From: a virus
Taxonomy: Duplodnaviria > Caudoviricetes
Strand: one strand, 5' to 3'
DNA: 24,822 bases
IMG/VR virus record: IMGVR_UViG_3300012041_000061
Location: 1-24,822 of that record
Position numbers and translations under genes: made by a program. The notes below the pieces were generated by a model, which worked only from the letters and a program-made list of their open reading frames with translations, had not been told where the DNA came from and did no database searches. Shown in pieces: positions 16,556-24,822 of the stretch. Every line of letters starts with the position of its first letter. Position 1 is the stretch's first letter.

Positions 16556-16636
16556 GCTCTGGTATTCGCGCCGCGCCGGGGATGGAAGCCCCGGCACGAC
16601 GCTCACCACGCACAGCGCCACAGGAGGGCGCGGCAC

Positions 16637-16882
16637 ATGGCTGACCTCACTTTACCACTGACGCACTACTGGCCCTGGGACGGCGACGAGCAGCGCGCGG
16701 TCTGCGGCGTCTCGCTCCGCACCCTCACCACGCCCCACAGCCTCGCGCCGACCTGCCCCGAGTGCCAGCGCGTGCTCGCGGCCGATGCCGCGCTCGTCGA
16801 GGCCACCATCACGCGGCTCCAGCAGTACTTTCCGATCGAGGCGAGCCTGGTCGCGTATCATCGGCGGGGGGTGTTCCGATGA
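16637..16882 (+). CDS. Small zinc-finger-like protein
   Basis: AGGAGG SD; 'H...AVCG...TCPEC'. Confidence 0.7.
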   Translation: MADLTLPLTHYWPWDGDEQRAVCGVSLRTLTTPHSLAPTCPECQRVLAADAALVEATITRLQQYFPIEASLVAYHRRGVFR

Positions 16883-17376
16883 CCCTACTCGCCCGCCGTC
16901 CGACCAAGACCTACGCGCAGGCGCCCGAGGGGCTGTTCGCCGCCTGCTGCTGTGACGTCCAAAACCTCGGCCTCGTGCAGGGCGCCTACGGCCCGAAGCA
17001 CAAGGTCCGCCTCGTCTGGCAGCTGGATCTCACGACCGATGAGGGCCGCCGCTACGAGGTCGCGCGCGTCTACACGCTGTCGCTCCACGAGCGCGCGACC
17101 TTGCGCAAGGACCTCGAGAGCTGGCGCGGGCGCGCGTTCACCGAGAAGGAGCTCGACGGCTTCGACCTCGAGCGCCTGCTCGGCGTCAACGCGCAGCTCC
17201 AGGTCGTGCAGCGCCTCGGCGACGACGGGACGGTCTACGCGAACGTCGCGACGGTCATCCCGCCGGCGAAGGGGCACGCGAAGCTCGCGCCGGTCGACTT
17301 CGTCCGGCTCAAGGACCGGCAGAACGGCCAGGCCAACGGCACGCGCGAGGTGACCGTCGACGACATTCCGTTCTAG
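16879..17376 (+). CDS. SSB-like replication protein (NGO0469-like family)
   Basis: 'YTLSLHERATLRKDLESWRGRAFT', 'FDLERLLG', 'YANV', C-terminal DDIPF; ATGA overlap. Confidence 0.8.
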   Translation: MTLLARRPTKTYAQAPEGLFAACCCDVQNLGLVQGAYGPKHKVRLVWQLDLTTDEGRRYEVARVYTLSLHERATLRKDLESWRGRAFTEKELDGFDLERLLGVNAQLQVVQRLGDDGTVYANVATVIPPAKGHAKLAPVDFVRLKDRQNGQANGTREVTVDDIPF

Positions 17377-17383
17377 GCTGGAC

Positions 17384-17412
17384 TTGACAATGCGCTAGCG
17401 GTAGAGTATACT
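17384..17412 (+). promoter_or_regulatory. Sigma70 promoter, leaderless transcript
   Basis: TTGACA-17 nt-TATACT with ATG 7 nt downstream. Confidence 0.85.
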
Positions 17413-17419
17413 AGCTGTT

Positions 17420-17635
17420 ATGACAATGACGATTGCGCGGATTCGATGGCGCTTGAACGACCCCGCCGAGGATAACCGAGTACGGTGGACGAAGGTGCAT
17501 CACGTTTCGGTCCACAATGCCGACCTCACGGTGTGCCATCGCATCATCCCCCAGGCGTACATGACGGATTACGACGAGCAGATTCCGGCTGACGCGCCGG
17601 TCTGCACGCGCTGCAAGGAACTCGGCCTCGACTAA
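17420..17635 (+). CDS. Small zinc-binding hypothetical protein
   Basis: 'KVH...TVC...VCTRC'. Confidence 0.7.
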   Translation: MTMTIARIRWRLNDPAEDNRVRWTKVHHVSVHNADLTVCHRIIPQAYMTDYDEQIPADAPVCTRCKELGLD

Positions 17636-17704
17636 CTCGACCGCGCCGTGGTGAGGATGGAAGCCTCGCCGCGGCGCCCCAGCGCGAACAGGAGCGCGCT
17701 CACC

Positions 17705-18616
17705 ATGGCGACACTGACCAAGACCAAAATCACCAAGACCACGAACCGCTCGACCCGCTTCTACGACATCACCGACGCCGCCGGCCAGACGCAGCGCTAC
17801 CCCAGCGTGACCACGATCCTCGGCGCCATCAACAAGCCCGCGCTCGTGGGCTGGGCTGCTCGCGAAGAGCGCACGCTCGTCACCGAGGCCGCGGCCGCCC
17901 TCTACGCGGACACCCAGCAGCTCGCGCAGCCGCTGCCCCGGTCAGCCTACCTCCTCGCGCTCGAGCAGCGCCTGGGGCAGACCAAGGCCCACGTGAAGGC
18001 CCTCCAGCAGGCGGCCGACATCGGCACGCAGGCGCACCACGCGATCGAGCACGCCCTGCGCACGCAGCTCGGCAAGGCCGTCGGCCCCGCGCCCGTGCTC
18101 CCCGACGCCGCGCTCTGGGCGTTCATGGCCTTCGAGGACTTCGCGAAGGACGTCGCGCTGACGCCGCTCGCCGTCGAGCAGGTCGTCTTTTCGCATAGTC
18201 ACCAGTACGCCGGCACGCTGGACCTGGTCGCGGACCTCGACGCCAACGCGCTCCTCGCGCGCCTCGAGCGGCAGGGCCCGGTCGCGTCCACCTTGGGCGA
18301 CTGGCTCAAACAGCAGGGCGCCGTGCGCGCCGTCGTCGATTTCAAGACCGGGAAGGGGATCTATGGCGAGGCGCATCTCCAGGCGGTCGCCTACGAGCGC
18401 GCGCTCGCCGAGATGGGCCACGGCCTCGTCAACGGCGTGCGCGTGGACGGCGGGCTCATCGTGCGCCTGCCGAAGCTGACGACCGATCCCGACTTCGAGG
18501 TCGCGGTCGTGCCGCCGGCGCGCGAGCTCTTCCAGACGTTCCTCGCCGTGCGTCAGCTGTGGGATTGGACCTACGCGCAGGAAACGGCGTATCAGGCCAA
18601 GCGCAAGGTTGCGTAA
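17705..18616 (+). CDS. PD-(D/E)XK (RecB/Cas4-like) exonuclease
   Basis: 'YPSVTTIL...KPALVGW', 'GTQAH', 'YAGTLD', 'DFKTG', 'LQAVAY'; AGGAG SD before ATG 17705. Confidence 0.85.
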   Translation: MATLTKTKITKTTNRSTRFYDITDAAGQTQRYPSVTTILGAINKPALVGWAAREERTLVTEAAAALYADTQQLAQPLPRSAYLLALEQRLGQTKAHVKALQQAADIGTQAHHAIEHALRTQLGKAVGPAPVLPDAALWAFMAFEDFAKDVALTPLAVEQVVFSHSHQYAGTLDLVADLDANALLARLERQGPVASTLGDWLKQQGAVRAVVDFKTGKGIYGEAHLQAVAYERALAEMGHGLVNGVRVDGGLIVRLPKLTTDPDFEVAVVPPARELFQTFLAVRQLWDWTYAQETAYQAKRKVA

Positions 18617-18640
18617 CTCGTTTTTGTGAAAGGTATTCAG

Positions 18641-18988
18641 ATGAAAACATGCACCACGGTCGGTCTCGTCGTCCTGCTCGTCGCGCCGGCGTCCGTCTCG
18701 GCCCAGGGCTGGATGGAGATCCAGCGCTGCGCGAGTGGCTCCTCGTGCGTCGTCCCGATCCCGCCCCCGTTCCCGATCGTCCAGCCGACCCCGCCGCCTC
18801 CGACGTATCTGCGGCCGACGTATCCGATGCCCTTCTACACGCCGCCCGTGTATGTCGTCCCCGCCCCACCAGCGGGAGGCATCAACCCGTGGATTCCGCT
18901 GATGGTCGTGCCGCCGCCGCCCGCGCGGAGCGCCGTCGAGACGTGGTTCCTCTTGCAGCAGCTGGCGGCGCGGCGTCCGGCGCCGTAG
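18641..18988 (+). CDS. Secreted proline-rich protein
   Basis: Signal peptide ending 'VSA-Q'; Pro/Tyr-rich mature part. Confidence 0.65.
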   Translation: MKTCTTVGLVVLLVAPASVSAQGWMEIQRCASGSSCVVPIPPPFPIVQPTPPPPTYLRPTYPMPFYTPPVYVVPAPPAGGINPWIPLMVVPPPPARSAVETWFLLQQLAARRPAP

Positions 18989-18995
18989 CGCCCCC

Positions 18996-19187
18996 CTAGC
19001 CCGGGATAGCGGGCGCCGGCCCCCAGACGATGTAGTAGATCGCGATGACCGCAACCACGATGCGGAAGATCGCCATCAGGTCGCCCGTGAGCGGGAAGCC
19101 CAGGATGTTCAGCACCGGCCCGAGCAACGCAAAGAGCACCACGACACAGACGACGGCAATCAACGTGCGGATGAACAGGTTGCGCAT
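18996..19187 (-). CDS. Two-TM membrane protein, holin candidate
   Basis: 63 aa, two hydrophobic helices, GGAGG SD, last gene of the late operon. Confidence 0.65.
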   Translation of the reverse strand: MRNLFIRTLIAVVCVVVLFALLGPVLNILGFPLTGDLMAIFRIVVAVIAIYYIVWGPAPAIPG

Positions 19188-19197
19188 GGCGCCTCCT

Positions 19198-19488
19198 TCA
19201 GGCAATGTCCGCGGTCAGCACGCCGTCGACGGTCCAGAGCGGCACATCGTCGGCGTCATCGAGCCGGAACTTGTAGCCGGTCGCGAGCAGGTAGATGTTG
19301 GTCGCCGACATCCCGCCGGCATTCAAGACGATCGGGTTCGCGTTCGCGATCGTCCGCGCCGTGTCGCTATAGGTCGGCTGCGGCGTGTCGGTGCCGGCCA
19401 GGAAGCTATAGAGCTGGCCGGACGCGACGGGCACGCCTTCGGCATCGCAGAACTGGGGCTTGACCCACGGGAGCAAACTCGCCGCCAT
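19198..19488 (-). CDS. Stand-alone tailspike head-binding-like domain
   Basis: 'QFCDAEGVPVASGQLYSFLAGTDTP..TYSD...NANPIVL...YKF.L.D..DV.LWTVD' as in N-termini of podophage tail proteins. Confidence 0.72.
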   Translation of the reverse strand: MAASLLPWVKPQFCDAEGVPVASGQLYSFLAGTDTPQPTYSDTARTIANANPIVLNAGGMSATNIYLLATGYKFRLDDADDVPLWTVDGVLTADIA

Positions 19489-19523
19489 AACCACCTCACA
19501 ATGCGTTACACTAGCGCTACCGC

Positions 19524-19766
19524 ATGACCTACCGCCGCCTGCTTATCGATGGCCCCGCCGCGATCGTCGACGCCACCACCGCCGCCGGCGCGTGGCTCGA
19601 CGAGCAGATCGCCTTTGGCGTCACCCTTCTCTGGTACGCCTACTGGATCACCGTCGCGACCGTGATGGTTCTCTGTCTCCTTACCGTCGCCGCGTGGCTC
19701 GCGCTCGGGAGTCCCACACCCCTACCCGATGCGCCGGCCGTCCTACCCCGCGGGCCGCGCGCTTAG
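19524..19766 (+). CDS. Small membrane protein, antisense to the late operon
   Basis: Exactly fills the gap between two minus-strand genes; long hydrophobic segment; TACACT -10 upstream. Confidence 0.65.
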   Translation: MTYRRLLIDGPAAIVDATTAAGAWLDEQIAFGVTLLWYAYWITVATVMVLCLLTVAAWLALGSPTPLPDAPAVLPRGPRA

Positions 19767-21994
19767 GGCGTCGCGGGCTCAGGTTCCTCGGTCACCGCCG
19801 GCACCAGCGCCGGCCGGGCCTCCGTGATCGCCCGCTCGAGCGAGGCCGCCCACGCCGCGCGCGCCGCTTTTGCGCCCACCGGCAGCCGCAGGCCATTGAG
19901 GAGGAGGCGCGTCGTCCGCGGCGACAGCAGCAGCTTCGCGACCACTGGCGCCGCCAGCGTGTAGTTCAGCCCCACCCCACTCATCAGCGCCGTGCCTTCC
20001 GCGCCCTTAAACGCCGTCAGCGCCGTGCCGCTCGGGTTGGGATTCTCGGCGAGCTTTTTCGCCAGGAGGAAAAAGTGATCGAGGTCCTTAATGTGTGCCG
20101 CATCACGGAACAGCAGGAGCTTGGTCTGCGACCCGAGCGCCTGCCATTTTGCCTGTAAGCCCTGCGCCCGACTAAACCCGCCCTCGGCGGTCGCCGTCTG
20201 CAGCAGGTCCTCGAGAAACGCCCGACCCACGAGTGGCAGACTCTCCGGCGCCTGTCGTTGGAGGTCCCGCAGGAACCCCGCCGCCGCGTCCTTCTGCGAG
20301 GTCGCCTTCCGAAAGACCCCGACCCCTTCCGGATGGAGGTCCTCCAGAATCGCGCCCGCGACGTATTTCGCCCGCGTCGCCGCGCGCCCGGTCTCGAGCG
20401 CCCGTAAGACCTCCGGCCCCGCCGCCGTGGCCGCGTTGCGCACCTGCCTGTCCAAGTGCTTGACCGCCAACGCCGCCGCCCCTTGTCCCGCCGTCCGGAG
20501 CTCCGGGATGTCCGTGCGGGCCATCGACTTCAGATCCCCGAGCGCCGCATCCACGATCGACAGCGGGGCATGATCGCCAGCGGTCATCAAGGTATCAAGC
20601 GCGACGAGCGCACGCGCCTTCGTCCCCTGCAGCACATTGGTGAGCTTCCGTTCCCGGGTGAGCCGATCGTAAAGCGGCTGCAGCGCCGCCTTCGCTGGCC
20701 GGAGGTCGACGGGCAGCTTCATCACGACATCGACCTGCCCAGCCCCGGGCGGGAGAATCGGGCTCGAGATGTCCTGATACTTCCAGCCCCCCTCGGCGAG
20801 GCGCTTTTTCGCGACCGCGAGCGCCCCGCGGGCCGCGTTGGTCAGACGCCCAGTTCGGAGCGCGAGCGCGATCGAGCGCTGCACCTCGGCGCGCGTCATG
20901 TTGGAGGTGCCCGGCGCCGCCTGGAGGATGTCGTCATAGACCGGCGCCCCGGCGGCGCGATGCACGTAGTGTGTGTCCACGTCACTATCGCGGACCAACT
21001 TGCCGGGCTGGAACGGCACCGCGTCGAGCTCTTCGTAGATGCGCCGCAGTTCCTGGATCTCCGCCGGGGCCGGGAGCTCCCCGCCCAGTTCTTTCCGCAG
21101 CCGTTCCTTCACGGGCGTCGGCAGATCCTCGGGCACATAGTCCGCATGGAGCAGGTTCTCTTCCGCCGTCCGGAGTTGCCCGTAGGCGACATCGGCCTCC
21201 TTCGCATGCTGTTGCACCGTTCCGCGCACGCCCTTCCGCACCGCCTCGCCCGCGAGCTCCGGTGTCGTGGCGGCGCCCGGCGCCGTGCGTTCCGCGAGTT
21301 GTGCGCCTGTGGCCTTCAGCGCCGTCGCTTGCGCATCGCGCGCCCGCCGGCCGATGGGACTCCCAAGGAGCGACTCTTCGGCGAGCCGCTGCGAGCCCCG
21401 CAGGAAGGTGTTGCCGGTCGCCGTCGCGACATCCACCGGCACCCCCTGCCGCATCCCCCACGCGACCGCCTCGCCCAAAGGGTCGACGGCCGCGCGCGCG
21501 AGCTTCGGCACGATCGGGACCGTCGCGCCCGCGGGGTAGGCTTTCGTGATGACGCTCGGCAGCGCGATCTGCCCGAGGAGACCCGTCGCCTCGCCCAGCG
21601 CCCCCGCGACATCGTCGCCGGCGCGGATGCGCTCGCCGAGCGCCGTGGTCGCCGGCCCCAGCGCGGGCAAGAGTCCCGCGACGGTATACGCCGCGGCTTT
21701 CTCGTAGTCCCCCTGCCGATAGAACTCCCGCGCCTTGTCGAACTGCTCCCCGGCCGCGGTCGCGAGCGTCTCCAGCGTGCGCCCGACCGCCTCGGGACTC
21801 TTCACCGCCTCATAGAGCCCCGTGAGAATCGCCACCGGGTTGGAACTCTTCCAGAGGCCCGCGCCGTACCGCGCCGGCGCACTGCCCTCCTCCGCCGGGG
21901 CGGTGCCCGCATGCGGATCGGTCGAGAGATAGCCCGACGGGGCCACTGGGCGCCCCGCGTTGGGGTCGGTCGAGAGGTATTCATCGGGCGGCAT
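19763..21994 (-). CDS. Ejection/DNA transfer protein (gp16-like position)
   Basis: 743 aa, Ala-rich and helical; duplicated 'YLSTDPxAG' at the N-terminus; third of the ejection genes. Confidence 0.65.
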   Translation of the reverse strand: MPPDEYLSTDPNAGRPVAPSGYLSTDPHAGTAPAEEGSAPARYGAGLWKSSNPVAILTGLYEAVKSPEAVGRTLETLATAAGEQFDKAREFYRQGDYEKAAAYTVAGLLPALGPATTALGERIRAGDDVAGALGEATGLLGQIALPSVITKAYPAGATVPIVPKLARAAVDPLGEAVAWGMRQGVPVDVATATGNTFLRGSQRLAEESLLGSPIGRRARDAQATALKATGAQLAERTAPGAATTPELAGEAVRKGVRGTVQQHAKEADVAYGQLRTAEENLLHADYVPEDLPTPVKERLRKELGGELPAPAEIQELRRIYEELDAVPFQPGKLVRDSDVDTHYVHRAAGAPVYDDILQAAPGTSNMTRAEVQRSIALALRTGRLTNAARGALAVAKKRLAEGGWKYQDISSPILPPGAGQVDVVMKLPVDLRPAKAALQPLYDRLTRERKLTNVLQGTKARALVALDTLMTAGDHAPLSIVDAALGDLKSMARTDIPELRTAGQGAAALAVKHLDRQVRNAATAAGPEVLRALETGRAATRAKYVAGAILEDLHPEGVGVFRKATSQKDAAAGFLRDLQRQAPESLPLVGRAFLEDLLQTATAEGGFSRAQGLQAKWQALGSQTKLLLFRDAAHIKDLDHFFLLAKKLAENPNPSGTALTAFKGAEGTALMSGVGLNYTLAAPVVAKLLLSPRTTRLLLNGLRLPVGAKAARAAWAASLERAITEARPALVPAVTEEPEPATP

Positions 21995-23357
21995 TCGTCA
22001 CCGCCTTCCAGCCCTTCCCGTCCCATTCCGCGAGCTGGCCGTTCACGGTGCGTCGCTCGCCAACCTTGGGCCCCGGGACCCCAGCGGCCGACGGTGCGGG
22101 CGTCCCGCGCGGGGTGTACTCCCCGCCGGCCACGCGCAATGTGTTCTCGCGCTTCGCCGTGATGAAATCCGAGAGCGAGCTCAGTTTGGCTTTAATCTGC
22201 AGCACGCTGTCGGTCGTCGTCGGCGTGTAGCGGTCGAGCATGATCTGCTCGCTCGGCGTAAAACTCGCGCCCCCGCGCAATTTGGCGATCGTGCCCTGGA
22301 TGTTCCCGAGGAGGTTCCGGAGACGTTCCGGCTCTTCGCCTCCCACGCCGAGCCACTTGGCCCCCGCCGCGCCTGTGCGGCCGGCAATCGGCCCGACGCC
22401 CCGCCATTTAATCCGCTCCCCGAGGTTCAGCGCTTCCTTCCCCAGGTCCTGCACCGTCAGCATGGTCGCAACATCTTCCTGCTGCCCCGCTGTCAGCTTG
22501 AGGCCGCCTTCTGCCCCGCCCGCGGCGCTCCCGGGCGTCATCCCTAGCGCCTGGCTTTCTCGCACGTAGATCGGTTTCCCATCGGGCCCAATCACCGAGA
22601 CGATCCGCTCGTCGCGAGGCGCGGACGGTGTTCCCGGCACGGCCGCGATCTGCTCACCCCCCGGCCCGAACCGCACCGAGCCCGGCGAAAGCGTGAACTG
22701 CTCCGTGGGCGACTCGCGCGGCGGGCCCGCCGCAATCTGCTCCCCACCGGGCCCATAGCGCACCTGCCCCGGCCCGAGCGTGAACCCCGCCTCCGCCGCC
22801 GTCCCCACGCGCGCCAGCGCGCCCGCCGCGAACTGCTGGAGCGCCACCGACCCGTCGCGGTCGATCGCGTCGAGGAGCTGATCGGCCAGGGCGGCGGGGA
22901 GCGCGCCGATCTGCTTCGCGGCGCCAATCTCCAGCCGGCCGAGGTCGGGGTCAAACTGTTGCGCCGTCAGGCTCCGCGCCGTCCCCGCGAGATACTCCGC
23001 CCGCTTCTCGGCGGCGGTGAGGTTGGCCGTCTGGGTGCGCGCCATGCGCTCGGCGTTTTCGTCGAAGACTTTTTTGACCTCGAAGAGCACGGCGGGCGGG
23101 AGCTGCCGCCCGAGCGCCTTCTCATAGTCGAACGTCGGCTGCTTGGTCACCGGGTCCAGGCTGATCCCTGCGGCGAGCGCCTGCTCGATCTGCGCGTCGC
23201 GGGCGCGCTTGGCCTGCGCGTCGGCCGCGGCCGCCGTGCGCTCCTGGGCCTGCGCGCGCTGCCCCTGCAGCTGGAGCACCTGCGCGTAGGTCTCGAGCAC
23301 CGACGGCCCCGGCGCGGGCGGCCGAATCGACAAGGGGATGGACGGATCAATCGGCAT
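21981..23357 (-). CDS. Ejection/DNA transfer protein (gp20-like position)
   Basis: 'MPIDPSIPL' start; two 'FTLxPGxVRxGPGGEQIA' repeats. Confidence 0.7.
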   Translation of the reverse strand: MPIDPSIPLSIRPPAPGPSVLETYAQVLQLQGQRAQAQERTAAAADAQAKRARDAQIEQALAAGISLDPVTKQPTFDYEKALGRQLPPAVLFEVKKVFDENAERMARTQTANLTAAEKRAEYLAGTARSLTAQQFDPDLGRLEIGAAKQIGALPAALADQLLDAIDRDGSVALQQFAAGALARVGTAAEAGFTLGPGQVRYGPGGEQIAAGPPRESPTEQFTLSPGSVRFGPGGEQIAAVPGTPSAPRDERIVSVIGPDGKPIYVRESQALGMTPGSAAGGAEGGLKLTAGQQEDVATMLTVQDLGKEALNLGERIKWRGVGPIAGRTGAAGAKWLGVGGEEPERLRNLLGNIQGTIAKLRGGASFTPSEQIMLDRYTPTTTDSVLQIKAKLSSLSDFITAKRENTLRVAGGEYTPRGTPAPSAAGVPGPKVGERRTVNGQLAEWDGKGWKAVTNAAR

Positions 23358-23366
23358 GGGTCACCT

Positions 23367-24440
23367 CTAGTACGGCCGCATCGGATACGTGGGAACCGCG
23401 CCACCGCCTGTCGCGGCCGGCGAGGCTGTGCCGCCGCGCGTCAGGATCGCCAAGAGCGCCGCCTGTGTCGCGGCGTCCGCGCCCCCCAGCAGGCTCTGCG
23501 CCCGCGCATTCGCCGCGCCCACCGTCCCCGCCGCCTGCGCGTTCGCGTTCTGCGTGATGAGGCCGGTGCCCGTGTTCGCCTGGTTCGTGAGCAGGTTCCC
23601 CGCGTTCCCCGCGTAACTCGACCCGAGGTTCGCCTGTTGGCCGGCGGCGCCGTAGCCGAGCTGGCTCAGGCCCATGAGCTGGTTGTAGCGATTGTTGTAC
23701 TCATTCGACGCGAAGTCCTGCCCGTAGCGCGTGATCGCCTTGAGCGTCCCACCGGTGAGGAGCGTCCCGCGCGCCGCGGCCGAGCGCTCGAGCGCCTTCT
23801 GCCCTTCGCTAATGCGGAACTGGAAGCCGGGCGCCGTCATGAGCGCGGCCGTCGCGCCCCCGACGCCACTGAGCGGCGTCATCCCGCCGCCGCCGCCAAA
23901 CTGCCCGCTACCGCTCGGCCCCGGCTGAAAGGTCGAGACGGGCAGGCCGAGTGACTGCTGGTAGTCCGCGAGGACGACCTGCTGGCCGTCCGGCCCGATG
24001 ACGCGCCGCGTCGGGTTATAACTGCCCGACGGCCCGCTAATCGAGTTCCACTTCGGCTTGGGCCCGTCCCAGCCGCGGATGAGGTCGACGTAGGTCCCAT
24101 CGGGCATCACGATCGCGTCGTTACTCGCGATGGGGTTCCGACGCGAGCCGTGCGTCGCGCGTGTGGCATTGATCCCCTGCGCGCGGAGCGCGGCGAGGAT
24201 CGGGTCGATCAGCGCGGGGCTCGCGGGCTGCCCGGCGATCGTCTGCCGGATGATCGCGTAGGGGTCGACGCGCCCGGGCGCGGCACCCGTGGGGGCTGAC
24301 GGGGTCGGCGCACCCGTGACGGGGTCGAACGTGCCCGGCGCGCCGCCGGTCTGCGGGACGGCGGGCGCCGGGGCCTGGGGCGCACCTTGCGTGTCGAACC
24401 AGTCGGTCGCGCCGGGTTCGGCGTAGTCTTGCTGAGCCAT
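23367..24440 (-). CDS. Ejection/pilot protein (gp7-like)
   Basis: 'PGFQFRISEGQKALERSAAARGTLLTGGTLKAITRYGQDFASNEY' signature. Confidence 0.78.
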   Translation of the reverse strand: MAQQDYAEPGATDWFDTQGAPQAPAPAVPQTGGAPGTFDPVTGAPTPSAPTGAAPGRVDPYAIIRQTIAGQPASPALIDPILAALRAQGINATRATHGSRRNPIASNDAIVMPDGTYVDLIRGWDGPKPKWNSISGPSGSYNPTRRVIGPDGQQVVLADYQQSLGLPVSTFQPGPSGSGQFGGGGGMTPLSGVGGATAALMTAPGFQFRISEGQKALERSAAARGTLLTGGTLKAITRYGQDFASNEYNNRYNQLMGLSQLGYGAAGQQANLGSSYAGNAGNLLTNQANTGTGLITQNANAQAAGTVGAANARAQSLLGGADAATQAALLAILTRGGTASPAATGGGAVPTYPMRPY

Positions 24441-24443
24441 GAT

Positions 24444-24821
24444 CTAGATCCTCGTGGCGCCGCGCGCCACATAAAAGTCGACCTGCTCTGCCGGCACGGG
24501 CCGCGTCTCGCCGGTCGGCGCGCGGAGCGTGACGTAGCTCGACTGCGTCGCGGGCGCGGCGGTCCCGCCGCCACCGCCACCGAGGAACGCGCCGCCGGTC
24601 GCCCGGTTCGCGTCCGCGATCTGCTTGGTCGTGAGCTGGGAGAGCATCGACAGCGGGACCCCGCGGCCGTTCACGAGCGGATCGGCTGCCACCGCCGGAG
24701 CCATCGCCATCGGGGCCGCGCCCATCGGCGCCGCCGCGGCCGGCCGCGCGGCCGGGGCCGCCGGTAGCCCCAGCAGCGCCGTGAGCGCCGTCAGCCCCTG
24801 CCCGCCCTGCTGCGCATACGG
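24444..24821 (-). CDS. Virion/pilot-like protein, 3' part (starts beyond the window)
   Basis: Frame is open to the window edge: PYAQQGGQGLTALTALLGLP...YVTLRAPTGETRPVPAEQVDFYVARGATRI*. Confidence 0.7.
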   Translation of the reverse strand, partial: PYAQQGGQGLTALTALLGLPAAPAARPAAAAPMGAAPMAMAPAVAADPLVNGRGVPLSMLSQLTTKQIADANRATGGAFLGGGGGGTAAPATQSSYVTLRAPTGETRPVPAEQVDFYVARGATRI

Positions 24822-24822
24822 C

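Noticed and set aside
17705-18616. Cas4 / CRISPR-associated system
   Set aside because: No Fe-S cysteines, no array or other cas genes; an ordinary phage exonuclease.
15600-24822. Prophage boundary with host DNA beyond att
   Set aside because: Genes on both sides of att are phage-like, which fits attP rather than attL or attR.

Overview
High-GC temperate P22-like podophage, apparently in its free (excised, circularly permuted) form, because phage genes flank a central att site on both sides. Left arm (minus strand, listed from coordinate 1): 5' part of a P22-type coat gene (cut by the window edge), scaffold, portal, a frameshifted cytosine methyltransferase, large and small terminase, a DUF1064 nuclease, two tandem clan GH-A glycoside hydrolases, a short replication initiator followed by a DnaA-box origin, and xis-like and cro-like HTH genes divergent from an XRE repressor. 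Centre: a tyrosine integrase and an attP containing the 3' half of initiator tRNA-Met. Right arm: a plus-strand early operon (SSB-like protein, PD-(D/E)XK nuclease, small proteins) converging on the end of the late operon (ejection proteins, a stand-alone head-binding domain, a holin-like gene). The most unusual signals are: (i) degenerate copies of the host-side half of tRNA-fMet in the integrase leader; (ii) a 58-aa gene, missing from the ORF track, that duplicates the scaffold's C-terminal motif; (iii) a GH-A pair with an internal in-frame start and no canonical endolysin in the window; (iv) a 15-bp operator shared by four promoters; (v) repeated GGA-loop leader hairpins. All family assignments come from motif recognition by eye, not database searches.
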